Of a stretch of 64,000 bases of DNA, positions 14,101 through 26,253 are shown piece by piece. The translations under genes were made by a program, and so were the position numbers. The DNA comes from Chara braunii (lineage: Eukaryota; Plantae; Charophyceae). Numbering within the stretch: position 1 is the stretch's first letter; the number at the start of each line of letters is the position of its first letter. The stretch is taken from contig BFEA01000026.1 in NCBI GenBank assembly GCA_003427395.1, positions 3,932,494 through 3,996,493 on the forward strand, written 5' to 3'. A model generated the notes under the pieces. It saw only the letters and a program-made list of their open reading frames with translations. It was not told the origin of the DNA and did no database searches.

Positions 14101-17100
14101 CTGCATAATCCGAAGTTTCGTGACCTTGGGTGGTCTGAGTGTCAGCCTTATTCCATATAAGTCTTGTCCATCTTCTATTGATTTGTCAGCATGGGGTCTT
14201 TGTCTTTTAATGCCGTCTTGTACCCTAACCTAACCATGTATTCGGTGATTGGGTTAGGGCTTTGGTGGTTCTTACTTCCTGCTGGAGGTCTCCAAGCCCA
14301 TTCCATTGGGTCAAATTGCAGACCTTGTATTGTGGCTTTAATTTGGAATATTACTTTTGAGTCTTGACCATGCTCCCAGTAACCGGATCTCGTAAAGGAG
14401 GAAGGCCTCCAGTATTCCGGTCTTGAAATATGTTTCGTGTGCAGAAGTGGGGTGAAAAGCAGCAACCAGGGGAGTATGTCTCATGCCCCGATATCTTTGG
14501 ATGCTGAAGTGTTTGATTGCTAGTGTTGGGAGGGAGAGAATGGTGTTTGGAATGCTTCTGTTTGTGAAGAGATTCCCTTTTCAAGAGGGCTCCAAGCTGA
14601 TGGTTCTGTTGGCGCGGAAATGGTTCTCGGTGTTTTGCGTTGCATGCAGGTAGAGAGGGTTCGGAGGATGGATGTTCCGACTCTGGAGATGTTGGGCACG
14701 GTCTTCCTTCCCCACCCATGGATGAGGCGGCGTTGCTCTCCGTGCGCCCGGAAGCTTTTAGGGTCTCAGAGGTCCGTCTGCTCATTCATTCACGCGAATC
14801 CCTCGGCTTCTCTATCTCTATTGGGTTTCTGCAAATCCTGTCATTTTGGTTGCCGATGTATCCCTTTGTTCGTTTGGTCCATCTGATGAGGAACTGTGGT
14901 ACTCGTTTTCTCACTCCTCGTCTCAGCATTATGGTGTCGGTGTATGATGTTATCACGAAGAATGCAAACCTCTTCTGGTCTGGTTATCGTGACTGAGCTG
15001 CGTGGGGTGGCTGGAAAACAAGTGCAGCTACGGCGGTGGCAGCTCATTTTTGCTGATGCAAGCCCTCCACTGTGTTGTATTTTATTTTATATTCACACAG
15101 AGGACATGAGTGCACATGAGACGACGACTCCCAAGGGGAATTGTAATGTGAAATGTGACTGCCTGGGCAGCTTGTCTCGTGTCCCAACTTTTGTGGTTTG
15201 AGTGTTCACAAGTAGCTGTGCAGCAAGACAGCGACTTGCTTTGGACCAACTGACCTAGCTCAGTCGCTACAACCCTGAAGTGTTGAAATACAGACCGGAC
15301 CTCGAACTCCAGTGCAGGCAGATGAAAAGACAGCAAACTGGCTGGGCTATTGAGAGTAAACAGCTGTCAGGCTAAGTATCAGTTGATCGTCTTGTGGTCC
15401 ACCCCCCTCCTGGTGTGATACCTTCTCAGTACCCTGTCCTCACCGTGAAAAATTCTAAAAGTGAGGTACAAGAGATAAAAAGATTCTGAAGGCGAGATCA
15501 AGTGAATTAAAGGTGGTGGAGAGGAAGAGTAGGGACGCGAGTGGTGTGACCCTTGGAGTGTAACAAGAAAGCATGAACCCTTACGCCTGGAAATTCCATG
15601 GAGAGAGTGTGGTGGTGTTGGCTGACCGGCACTGACTGGCTTTATTGCTGGAGCAAATGGGACAGTGCCCATGCGCATGATGAGTAGAGGAAGAAGGTCA
15701 TGGACAAGCGGGGAAGCTGCAGTTGTGCTGAACTCACAAGGGACTATCACTCGCCCGTTGCTTGTCCTTGTGTATCTTGAAATGCAACCTACGACGAGCG
15801 GGCTTATCACTCTTATCTCTACTCCTCTATCTGTCTGCGTCTGATTTGCATCTCGTATGGTATGGCCATCCCAAAAGAAGAGCCCCACAGTGATGGCAGA
15901 CCTCAAAGACATCCAGCGATGAGCAATCTTAGACTTGCGGGCATGAATGCATCTGAGGAAGTCCACAATGACCTTCCAATGAGCTCTTGTTTTTCTCATG
16001 GTTGCCGACAATTTTCTTCCAAGAGGTATGTGCGTCTTTCTCCTTTTTTCTCTTATCTCTGCGAACACAACTTTCGAATTGTAAACCTCCATTGCACTTG
16101 GATGACAAACGCTATTGCGCCTTGATTTGTTCATCTACCAGCGAAGAGCATAAACCTGGTGCAATTCCACTATGCTAGGGGCTACCCCACTTTTTTACGA
16201 CCCTACTTTCAAAAAAACAAATGAGGAAACACAGAAAAGACATGACCCGATGATCTAATAAGTGGGTGAAGCCCTTTGGCATACACTGGTAAATGAAGTT
16301 GGCGCGGCCTCGAACTGGGACTTTTACTCGTAGGCTGAATCTAGTGGGCTAGAGACATCGCCCGAGCGGCGAGTGTATTTAAAGAGAAGGGTATCTTCTC
16401 TTGGTGCCCCTTCCATTTCCGAAAGGATTGGAGGAAGTGGGAAAACATGTATATGTGATTTATTGTGACGCGGCCAGACCTTTGTGGGACCGTATGTTTC
16501 TGAAGGCTTGGAGTCATTTCTTATGTAGAATCTGGGATATGGATGAGTATGTGTAAGGGCCTTCAAACTTCAAAGTCACTTCTCTATGGCAAGGTGGAGA
16601 AGCTTGAGATGATGATGTTTGTTTCCATAGGGTTCACGTTGTCGATTCCTCTTCGATGAATGTGCACAGGTGTGCAGAACTGTGTGCCATTCAGCTGAGG
16701 AGAAGATACTTGCGCCTGGCTTTCCTTGTCTACTGCAATCCCTTGTTGTCGCTTTAGACATGAGCAGGGAGTCTGGGGAAGTTGTAGTTGAGCGAGCTGC
16801 TTGTGTTTCTGAGAGGTGTGGATTGGTGACTGTGCAATGATCATCTGCTTCTGCCTCCTTGGAAGCTAATATATCTCGTGCCACACCGTGTCGTGTCTCT
16901 TTTGCGATGGCGATTCCCTTTGCGCTTGGCGGTGCAGCTTCTCATGGAGTTTGTTGATGACACAGCCTGTGAGTATTTGATTCGTGCAGTTAGTTCTGTT
17001 TCCCAAATCTCACCCAAATCCATCTGAGTGGATGTGTGTCGACTCACTGTCGAGTTCTTTTTTCCAATCTCTCTTCCAGATCATGGGATCGAGGCCTCAC

Positions 17101-20100
17101 ATACTCTTGCATCGGCTTACACATCTGAGCATGTCAGACAGCTGCTTATTAACAATTGCTTTTCATGTAGGGGCAACATGCCGTGAGATGTGGGGAGTTG
17201 GGCATCACATCGTGTTTGCCAAATTATACAACATGCTCAAACAGTTATGTGGGACTTCCGGCGAGGGGGGGGGGGGGGGGAAGAGCGGAGGGGAGTAGGG
17301 TTCCTACTTTGTGGCACCATTTAGAGGCCAGTGAAAGTGCAGTTGGAGAAATTCATCTTCTATAGCCTTTACCTGTTTGCATGTCGAATCAGTGAGTTTG
17401 CAGAAGAAGTTTCGGTGGCAAGTTGCTCAAGCTGCGCTGTGTGTGATGTCGTGGAATTATGTATGGTGGATCGGCCATGTCACTAAAGGAGGGGACTAAA
17501 CTGTCTGCAGCTCACATGATCAAGTGTTTGAGCTGTGACCCTTTATGTAGGACAAGTGGACCGTGGCGCACAGCAACACTCGCTGATGTTTTTTTTTTTT
17601 TTTTTTTTTTTCGTTTTCTTTTCCCAATTTGGACCATATCTTGATTCGTGCGTGTCATCGACAGATTGCAAGAACGGTACTGAATCGTCATTTCCTGCAA
17701 TGAATTTGCTTTTCTTGCTTTCCAAAGATCGACAAAAATGACAAATTCCGTGATGTGGTCCCCAATTGCATGAATGGAGTTTCTGCTATGAATTTGCCTT
17801 GTTTTTTTTTCTTTTTTTTCTTTTCAGAAAGTGGCAAATTCCGAGTGCCGTGATCCGTCCTTTTTTTTTGTTCATTTTTCCCTCCCTCGGCCATCTTGAT
17901 CGAGACCAAATGCTTCTCCTTCACCTTCGAATCTCGATGGCATCTGTCAACATGTCTTCTTTCGTCCTCCTCCTTCCTGCTGGGCCTTCCCGCCCAATTC
18001 CCGCCATCTCTCTCTCTCTCTCTCATCGTTCTCTCTCTTTCGCTCTGACTGGTTTGTGATGACATGGGTCTACCTTGTTCTCCTGTGGGATAATAAGCAT
18101 GCAGTTGGTAGGCTTGACTGGTTTGTGATGACATGGGTCTACCTTGTTCTCCTGTGGGATAATAAGCATGCAGTTGGTAGGCTTGCCATGTGAGCTTGAA
18201 CCTGAACCCCAAGTCTCAAAGCTAATCGTAACCCCTAAACCCTAATTGTAAACCCTAAATCATAAGCCGTGAACCCTAAGCTATAAACCCAAGTCCTAAA
18301 CTTGATCCCTGAGTATTTTTTTTAGCTCTGAAGTTCTACACCAATGCCACAGCTCTTTGTTATTCTATACAGCAAACACATAGCTCAGCTAAGCCCTAAG
18401 CCGTAAATCTTAAGCACTGAAGTGATTAAACCCTAATCTCTAACCCTAATCTATAGATCTGAATCACTGAATGGTAAATCCTCATCCTGAACCCCTTGCG
18501 CTTAAGCCTCGACTGCTTAGCCTGAATCTTGAACTCCCTGAGCCCTGAATCCTGACCCTTAAAATCGGGACCTCTGGACCCTCTGCCATTACGCTCCGGC
18601 ATCTCTGCCATAACTGCTAAGCCCTGTAGGGCCTATACCCTTTAGTCCTTAGCCAGAAGGCCTATGCCCTTTAGCCCTTAGCCAGAAGCCCTAAACCGTC
18701 AATTGTAAGTGTTAAACCCTAAACCCTGAACCCTAATATGGAAGCTTAATCCCCAAAGCCCAGGCTGTAAACCCTAGTTACTAACCTGATTAAGACAGAA
18801 GCCTTAACTCTCAAAGCACTGACAGCCAGTGTTGTTTGGCCGCAACGACATGACTTCCCATGACTGGCCACCACTGCCTGGAGCTGAGTGTCTGCTGAGT
18901 TAGCCTGGTGTGAGTGCATGATGTTGTTAGTACCAAGTGTCTTTCGTTTACTTCATCCTTTGTGCGCAAGTCTTCTCATTTGAGTCTGTCATGTAATCTT
19001 TTATGCCCGGTTGTTTGGTTCAGTGCTCGACTCTGGAGATCTAGTTGTTCGAGAGAGCAACACGCATTCAATGCATGCCTGTCATGGTCGAGAGGATGGT
19101 TCTGGGACACATGGTTCTCCAGCCAAGCTGAGTAACTATGCACCGGATAGACAGAGGGATGACAGAGTGACGGATGACAGAGGGAAGGACGACAGAGGGA
19201 GGGACGACAGAGGGAGGGACGACAGAGGGAAGGATGACAGAGGGAAGGATGACAGAGGGAAGGATGACAGAGGGAGGGATTCAGGGCATGGAGTGGCCGA
19301 TTACGAGGGAGGGAAAGGATCAACTGGAACTGCTCGGCGGTTGCCTCCGAGGCCAGGGGAAAGAGCTTCACATGGAGAGAAATCTGCCAAGGGGGAGAGA
19401 AGTAAAGAGGACAGAAGCAAAGAGGAAAGAAGCAAGGAGGAAAGAAATAGGGATGAAAGAGTTAAAGAGGATCGCAATTCAGGTGGCAGCGGTTCTGAAC
19501 ACAGTGGCAAGCAAAGTACTGGTGGAAGTGCTGTTGTTGTGTGTAACCGCGCTGGCACAAAGCCCAGTCCTAGCAACAAAGTGACCCGGATTGTAAAGGA
19601 TGCGAAGGAAGCTTCTAAGGATGGAAACAAGGGGAAAACTCTGTTTGACAGGGAAACAAACACAGCAAGTGAGATGTCATCCAGAAATGGTGGTTCAGGC
19701 AGGAGTGGTGGCCTCTCTAAAGATGTACATCGTGGAGCCATCACACAGTCTGTTGGGAAGGTGTGTGAACACAGGCATCTGCCCACCGAATGTATGCCAA
19801 ACACCACCCACACCCTCACCCGCCTACCTGCATGTGCTTGGACAAATACACACACGCACACACAGCCCCATCTACAACCAACACATCTACACACACACAC
19901 ACAAAGACACACACACGCACACACACTACATGCCTCTATTATTCTCTGTGTTGCTTGCTATAGAGGTGAAACTGTTTCATTGTTGGATTGCCTCAACTCA
20001 AGGGCTTTCATTGTCTGCATTAGGATTGAAAATGCTTTGGTTTTGGATCTGCTCATCTGGGTGGAATAGGGGTTGTTGTGATGAGAATTCAAAACACACA

Positions 20101-23100
20101 TCTATGAGATTCCTCTTTCCCTTGCTCCGCTCCTCCCTCTCGTCCCTCTCCTCCCTCTCCTCCCTCTCTTCCCCCCCCCTCCTGCTCCCCCTCCCCTTCC
20201 CGCTTCCCTTCTCTTATGCAGAACTATTGAATGCGTATGAATGAGCATTGATAAGAGAAAAGACAAAATGTACGGTGCTGGTGTGCAGAAAAGCGAACGG
20301 GTGCGTATGCATTCGACAGTAAACACACATTCATGGTGGACCTTGCACCTCTCAGCATACAACAACGAGACGGCCGTGTCGTCAAAACATTGCAATTAAT
20401 ATGCCAATCATCAAAACATTATAATGGCATTGCAACGGGGAGGTTCCGGGTTCAATTCTGTCGGCCCTCAACCTCCTCTGCGCAAGGTTGGCACCCCATG
20501 TACTTGTTCCCCAGCCTAGTACAATGTATACTGTAGCTCAGTGGGTGTGAGCTAGGTGCTGTATGGAAGAGGTTCTGGGTGCAATTCTGATTGGGCCTGT
20601 ACACATCATATGGGATGGAGATAGCTGGGATGCAGGCAGGGATCTAATGGAGAGATTGATCACATACTTTTTTACCTTAGGGCTGTCCTTTGGGGGGGCA
20701 GTGGCGCAGGTGGGAGTGTGTGTGGGGGGGGTTCCCATCAGCAGGAACTTTCTGGGGCTTTCCTTTGGGGGCCACTGCCGCAGGTGGTACAATGTAGTGG
20801 GTTCCCATCAGCACGAACTTTCTCGGGGGTTGAGATAACTCCCCCTCAGGTGGGACTTGCAGCATGGGATAGGAGGAGGGCCTTCCTGGGGGTTGAGCCA
20901 CTGCTCCCTTTGTGGTGTGTGTGTGTGGTGGGGGGGGGGGGTTTGCGCGGGGGCCTGTAGTTGGAGCTGTCCAGGGGTTAGGCAGGGCGGTTCCCGTACC
21001 AGGCCCTTCCTGGGCGATTGAGCCGTGGTGGTACTGGCTGTTTCTCATTTTTACATATAGACCAGAGTGCCAGTGCTGGATGTGTTTGCAAAAGAGAAAT
21101 ACAGCCTCTAATCCGATCTGCCAGCAGATTGTCAGTAGGATTTGAACTCTGACCTTGATGCCATAATACACAGCCTTCCCCGGTGGTCTCCCTGGATTCT
21201 GTCGAAGGGCGTCGGCAACCACAAAAGAGGATTACAGCCTCCGATCTCGGCCATTTTTTTGTGGATTACGTCACCAAAGTCTGATGCCAAATGAAAAGTT
21301 GGGTTCTTGCTGTGGAGATGCGAGGGTCATCAAGGCAGGTTCAACTGAATAGGTTCAGCAACAGTGGTGGTGGTTTAAACTTTAAACTTTAAAGCCTTGT
21401 GTGATCGTCATAGCTGCTCGCTTATTTGGTAGAGCTAACTGTATGTTGGGAAGGACTAACGAATACGCGGAGTGGATGGAAAGTTGGAAACTGAGGATGA
21501 TGCATATTGGAACTGGATCGGGAACCCGGAACCAAAGCTGGGAATGGACGTGGAACTAAAACTGGGCCCGCACCTGATCCTTGGGACTGAATGGAATTGA
21601 AGCAGGTACTGGAAGTGGGCGTGGTATGGTCCTTGCGTTGTACTGAGGATCTTACCGGGCGCCAGGACTTGTAGTGGAACCTGAAACTAGTTTTGACTCT
21701 GATTTGTTTCTTGCGTGGTCTTATTGAAGGTGTCGGCACCTGAGAGCCCCGAAGAGAAGATGATCTTGACAAAGCGGAAACTTCAGGAGAGATATCAACA
21801 AGCAGATAAAGGCAAGTATATGCCTTTGCGTTCCCAGCAAGAACCTCTTTCCAGGAAGGCCTAACTTACGCATGTGTTTGTTGGGCGGGGAAGGGGGGGA
21901 GGAGTCAGTACCTGTTTTTGTATCTGTTTTTTTTCATGTTCATGTGCTAGCCATGAGAGGGATTGGTGACGGTGTTTATTGAACGTTGCAAATGTGTGCT
22001 GGCTGCACGGGGAGATTCAACACCTGCTTTTGTTTGCCCCCTTCTTTTTCTCTTTCCAGAACTGTAGAATTTTGAATTTTCGGATAGGTTATTGGCCGCT
22101 TGGGCCCTGGGGACCTGCCTGGTGGGTGTCCCAGCTGGGTGGAACCCCCATCCAGGCCCCTGGGTTACCTGAGCACCGTACGCTTGGGGGGGGGGGGGGT
22201 GTATTGGGACAAGGCGAGGCATCTGACGCCCTCGCGGTCTTGCTGCAACTACCAGGCTTTTGACATTTGGCTAGCGTCCCTCTTGATGGGGCAAGATCAT
22301 GGTGGAGATTTTCTCCACGAGGCACAAGTAACTGTGGCAATTTTGCTAGGCTGTTGGAATTTGAATGGCCCAGCCAAACTGCTACAGCGACTTTGATCGT
22401 GTGTGCCGTCCAACCATCATCACCCTCATCGTGCAACGATATTCATTGCACAGCCTTTTCCCTCCTCCCTTTCACCATATTTGTCCCTCTCGTGCACCTA
22501 TTCCCTCCTCCCTTTCTCCATCTTCGTCACTCCTCCTTCCCGCCATCTTCCTCGTCCTCGCTTTATATCTCTCCCACCTTCCATCTACCTCCCTCCTCTA
22601 AACGTGTCATCTACTTCCTTTTCCCTCTTTGCATGGGCTTTCTCCCTTTCGTCTGCCATCTTCCTCCCTCCTCCTTTGCTACCTCCCTCCTCCTGCCCCC
22701 AATCTACCTCCCTCCTCTCACGTGTCATCTCCGTCCTTTCACCATCTTCCTTTCTCCTCCTTCTGGCCATCCCCCTCTTCCCTATTTTCATCTCCTCCTC
22801 CCTGCCACCATTTGCCTCCTGCTGCCCCCAGTCTACCTGCCTTCTCGCGTGGACATACCATCTACCTCCCTCCATCTCATCAGCATTCTCCCTATCTTCC
22901 TCCCTCCTTCCTGCCATCTCTCGCCTGCCTGCTGCCATCTTCTTCCCTCCTCTCATATGGCTTCTTTCTCCTTTCTTCCACCATCTACCTCCCTCCTTTC
23001 TTCCACCATCTACCTCCCTCCTCTCTTCCACCATCTACCTCCCTCCTCTCACGCGCGATCTCCCTCCCCCTTCCCACTACGTACCATCCTTTCTCTTGTC

Positions 23101-23710
23101 TGTCTCCCTCCTCCCTCCCGCCATCTGCGCCCCTCCTCTCTTGCACAGTCTCCCTCCTCCCTCCTCCCTCCTTCCCCCTCCCTCCTCCTGCCCGCTTTTC
23201 ACAGCATCTACTTCTCGTGCTATCTGCCAGATTCTGCCTCCTCTCTTCCCACTCCTCACTCCCTTGTCCTGCCTCACCTTTCACATGAGAAATAGAAAGC
23301 AGAAAAGCCTGGATTCAGGCAGTTCTCGGCCGGAACAACAGTGCCACACTGTCCGAAAATGGAGAACGAAAAAAGAGGCGATTTCTTTTGCTTGTCTGGG
23401 GAATCCTGGGTGGACCCCTGCGCAGGTCGCACGGACAGGTGGTTCTAGTAGCCTAGATATTTTCCCTTTTTCCCCAAATCCTTTTCTTGGCCATGAGAGG
23501 ATGATGGGTTGTTGATGCTTATTAAATGTTTTTCAATGTGTGCTGGCTTGATGTGGTGCAGCTAAAAAGAGCCGTACGATCCAGATGGTGGATCCGATTG
23601 AAATTCCGAAAGCGCTTGCCGCCAAAGGGAAAGGAGGACCAGCTGGTCATCACATGGGTGCTGCAGGTTGCATGAGGGGTGGGCCGCTGTTGGCGAAGCC
23701 TGTTCGATAG
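5044..23710 (+). CDS. MED26: Plant-type Mediator subunit 26-like / TFIIS N-terminal (LW) domain protein, 5'-partial spliced CDS: join(5044-5112,9224-9306,12384-12445,14650-14771,16938-16968,19024-19760,21730-21811,23562-23710)
   Basis: Eight AG/GT(GC)-bounded exons join in phase (1335 nt = 444 aa + TAG). Spliced product: EEEQVLKALARLESMSMSVETLQ-VTEIGKHVKSLRKHPAKAVRTATKQLVR-SWMDLVDEW (TFIIS-N domain), GLPSPPMDEAALL motif, and C-terminal KRKLQERYQQADKAKKSRTIQMVDPIEIPK, all typical of plant MED26a/b/c-like proteins. No upstream exon was recognised in 1-5043, so the start is probably left of the window. Confidence 0.9.
5649..6200. repeat. Degenerate tandem repeat, ~200-210-bp unit, 3 copies
   Basis: atcc(t)ccgttccctcgta...cccgtactaagga(a)ctgcta...cgtactaggagga recurs at 5649, 5859 and 6059. 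Confidence 0.85.
6527..6603 (-). mobile_element. tRNA-derived SINE head (pol III A and B boxes)
   Basis: Minus strand reads GATGTAGCTCAGTGGTTAGAGC...GCGGGTTCAAAACTCCGC: intact D-stem/A box and B box, but no canonical anticodon arm or acceptor stem. Confidence 0.6.
6642..6720 (-). mobile_element. Extremely 5'-truncated LINE 3' tail with poly(A) and TSD
   Basis: Reverse complement atgctccccagaatggaaaaggagacagaaccgtaaggctctgttg(A)n matches the LINE end at 42833-42903; flanked by direct repeat agcatgttctt (6642-6652 and 6710-6720). Confidence 0.85.
9224..9306 (+). CDS. MED26: MED26-like exon (VTEIGKHVKSLRKHPAKAVRTATKQLVR)
   Basis: tgcag acceptor, gtgtgt donor at 9307; T-x-IG-x-x-V-x-x-LRKH core of TFIIS-N. 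Confidence 0.92.
12384..12445 (+). CDS. MED26: MED26-like exon (SWMDLVDEWTKSAGAVTAAA)
   Basis: tttcag acceptor, gtcagt donor at 12446; conserved W of the LW domain; phases match neighbouring exons. Confidence 0.9.
13730..14470 (-). mobile_element. Old L1/Tx1-like LINE ORF2 C-terminal fragment (intronic)
   Basis: Minus-strand peptides LQFDPMEWAW...ITEYMVRLGYK, LCLVCPDQEQED and LWAIRKERC parallel LEMDPAEWSW...LTDYTPNLGYR, CRVC and LWAIWKKRC of ORF 40242-41726. Confidence 0.7.
14650..14771 (+). CDS. MED26: MED26-like exon (GREGSEDG...GLPSPPMDEAALLSVRPEAFRVSE)
   Basis: gcag acceptor, gtccgt donor at 14772; GLPSPPxDE motif of plant MED26-like proteins. Confidence 0.88.
15600..16400 (+). mobile_element. 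Possible highly decayed hAT transposase remnant
   Basis: Weak fragments VMDKR..YHSP and ASNWDFYS*...SPERRVYL resemble hAT C-terminal motifs (HxPLH, ERNWSxY...LVY); broken by stops and frameshifts. Confidence 0.2.
16938..16968 (+). CDS. MED26: MED26-like 31-nt micro-exon (LLMEFVDDTA)
   Basis: gtgcag acceptor, strong gtgagt donor at 16969; needed to convert phase 0 to phase 1 between the flanking exons; sits where plant homologues have an FFDGMDDDG-type motif. Confidence 0.75.
18200..18790 (+). repeat. Degenerate plant-telomere-like (CCCTAAA)-derived interstitial repeat
   Basis: Many taaaccc/aaccctaa/gccctaa heptamer variants, e.g. ccctaaaccctaattgtaaaccctaaa and taaaccctaaaccctgaaccctaa. Confidence 0.7.
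19024..19760 (+). CDS. MED26: MED26-like large low-complexity exon with (DDRG[K/R])n and EERSK-type repeats
   Basis: ttcag acceptor, gtgtgt donor at 19761; open in ORF 19011-20069; phases match. Confidence 0.82.
20531..20597 (+). mobile_element. Degenerate tRNA-like SINE head
   Basis: TAGCTCAGTGG...GAGC D-arm and weak B box GGTGCAATTCT. Confidence 0.35.
21730..21811 (+). CDS. MED26: MED26-like exon (VSAPESPEEKMILTKRKLQERYQQADK), GC donor
   Basis: tgaag acceptor; donor AG|gcaagt at 21812; KRKLQERYQQA motif. Confidence 0.88.
22440..23280. repeat. Polypyrimidine low-complexity tract built from ccatctacctccctcctct-like units
   Basis: Recurrent ccatct(a/t)cctccctcc motif; it generates the long spurious P/S/L-rich ORFs in the track. 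Confidence 0.85.
23562..23710 (+). CDS. MED26: MED26-like last coding exon (AKKSRTIQMVDPIEIPK...KPVR*)
   Basis: gtgcag acceptor; AKK-x-RTIQ motif continues the previous exon in frame; TAG at 23708-23710. Confidence 0.88.
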
Positions 23711-25796
23711 CAGAGTGCCACATCGATGGGAGCATGTTGAGATTCATTCTTCTCCACAGCAGCACTCAGCCCACGTTGTTGTTGGTGTTTGCATTATTAG
23801 GACTGTCCCAGCCATTTTTCTTATCCCCGCATTTTTTATTTTTTTCCATCTTTCTTTCTTTTTTTTTTTTTTCTTTTTTTTTTTTTTTCCGCTCCTCGGG
23901 CGTAGGAATATTACCAGGAATTGTGGGAAGTTTGTGAATTAAAATTTAGAAATAGAACAGTTATAGACGGATGATGGGTAGAATCTGCAGACAGTTGGAA
24001 AAAGAAGAGAGGACGAAAGTAGAGGGACAAAAAACATAGAGGGATTCCTCCAAAGTGGTCATTTAGGTGAGCGAAAAGAGAATTTAACCCTGACACTTCA
24101 TGTTAATATGTCGCTAAACGCGATTAAGCAGAACGGAAGAGGAGGAGAGATATCTGTCGACGTGACAATCATACAGTAATGGTCGATGCACCTGCTGCTG
24201 CTGCTGACCTGGCATATATGAAAATAAGTTTGTTCTTCTTTAGCATAACCAGGTTCTGGTTGCAGCCAAATTGTGCCGTTGTCGAAGCCTTCGCCACCAC
24301 TCAGCCGATTCGTTCTGAACCTCAGTCCAGCAAGCGAGTCCCTTACCCTTTCTTTTCTGTTTCGTTCCCTGTTTCTCGTCCCCGTTCATTGCACATCCCT
24401 CCTCCTCCTTTCTGATCCTCCTCTCTTCACTCTTCATGTGAATTCCTCGTTTCCCGCCTTTCTTTCTATTTCATTCATCTTCGTTCTTTGTTTCGCCTTG
24501 TTGCATCTCTCCATAGCATTGCATTGCAGTCTTCAGTCTGTCGCAGTTTACTGCCAGCCGGCTCCGTCTTCTCAAGTGCAGACTGTCTTTTTTTGCATCT
24601 CAGCGCTGCTCTTGCTGTGCTCCCCTTTTGCAGCTTTTCTGTTTGTGCACCCGCCCGTACTTCTCACGTGCGGAGTGTCTTTTGGATCACTGTCCTGTTC
24701 TTACAGTGATACGCTCGCCCGACTTCTGCTTCTGCGCCCGGTCAGATTGAATGCAGGCTGCTTTTTGCGACCCATTGCACGATCAGACAATCAAGCAAGC
24801 TGGGATGGACCAGGGAAGATGGATTGTTGATGTCATGCTTTATGGCTGATCGATACTCTGTGGATGGAATTCCGTCCGTAGTGTAGAGCATTTGTTGGCT
24901 ACATGCCTCCTGCACCGCTCACAAACGGTTTCCCTCTTCTCCCAGAAGCGTGTACCTCGTCCACATGATAACGCTGCAACGAGGTGCGATGGACGGAATG
25001 ACCATTGCTTGGACTTGGAGGGAAAGTGTGCTCTACTGCATCGATACGGAAGGCGAGGTGTAGTGGTGGGCTTGGTGGGACTGAGCAGGGCATACTGATG
25101 CTTCGGATAAGGCGGTTGTAATGCGAGTTTCGTAGGAGAGGCCCGAGAGATGTCGGGGAAAGGGAATGGGGTGATCAGATTGATTGATTGACTGGTGCGG
25201 AGGGGGGATGGGATTGGGACACGATTCCGGAGTGAGCTGGAAATGCCGGGGGGGGGGGCGGACGAGATGTGGAGCTGTGGGCAATGCTGACACAGTTTTG
25301 TCGGACCTCAAAACGGAGTTTCCTGAAATCATCATTGCGGTATACATGCATCTATGCGACAATAATTTTTTGAAAATCCAGCAGTGGGTGTAGCCATTAC
25401 CACACTGATTTTCTTAAATGCCTTCACTCATTGTGCAAAGGCATTTGCAGTGGAGAAAAATAGTGTCGGGGTGACAACAACGGAGCAGAGCGGGTGTCTG
25501 CGTCGACACTCTCATGACTAGGTTCGTCTTTTCTCGCATCGGATGAACGACGTTTTGGTCTCCGCTTCCCTATGTCAGGACAGGAAATGGAGGAGGAGAG
25601 AGGAGGGGGGGGGGGGGGGGGGGGGGGTGTCTAATGCGGGTTTTCCTGTACTTCGCCTTGGAGGTCTGCTGAGCCCGTATATATATATATCTTTCGACTG
25701 ACTGTGATCCCGAGAGCGTACCGGGTCTGCGAATGTGCAAAAGCAGCAACACCTTTGGCTGCTCTGCCCCAGTGTGAGCCAAGGATTTCTTTCTGC

Positions 25797-26253
25797 GGTT
25801 TTGGCCATAAGTTGCATACTGTTGCGACACACAGGGTGGTGGGGATGCTGGGCTCTCTCTCCATTTGTCTTGGCCGAAGGTGGCCTCAGACCGAAATGCG
25901 CGAAAGCATGATCAATCCGGCATCCAGCGGAGCAGAGCAACAGGTACCCTCTTCCGTCTGATGCTACATCCCGCGATCGGAAGGGGTTGCAGCATTGCAC
26001 CTAATTCATTCAGGACCAAGTTTTTTTCTATGGTTTTGGCCATAAGTTGCATACTGTTGGGGACACACAGGGTGGATGCTGGGCTCTCTCCATTTGTCTT
26101 GGTCGAAGGTGGCCTCAGACCGAAATGCGCGAAAGCATGATCAATCCGGCATCCAGCAGAGCAGAGCAACAGGTACCCTCCTCCGTCTGATGCTACATCC
26201 AGTGATCGGAAGGGGTTGCAGCATTGCACCCACAATTCATTCGGGACCAAGTT
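25797..26253. repeat. Tandem duplication, ~235-bp unit x2
   Basis: ggttttggccataagttgcatactgttg... at 25797 and 26032. Confidence 0.9.

Noticed and set aside
22267-23515. Long ORFs of 342, 370 and 219 aa
   Set aside because: Products of a C/T-rich low-complexity tract lacking stops, inside the last MED26 intron; a faint WW..ARLL hAT-like stretch at the start is too weak to call
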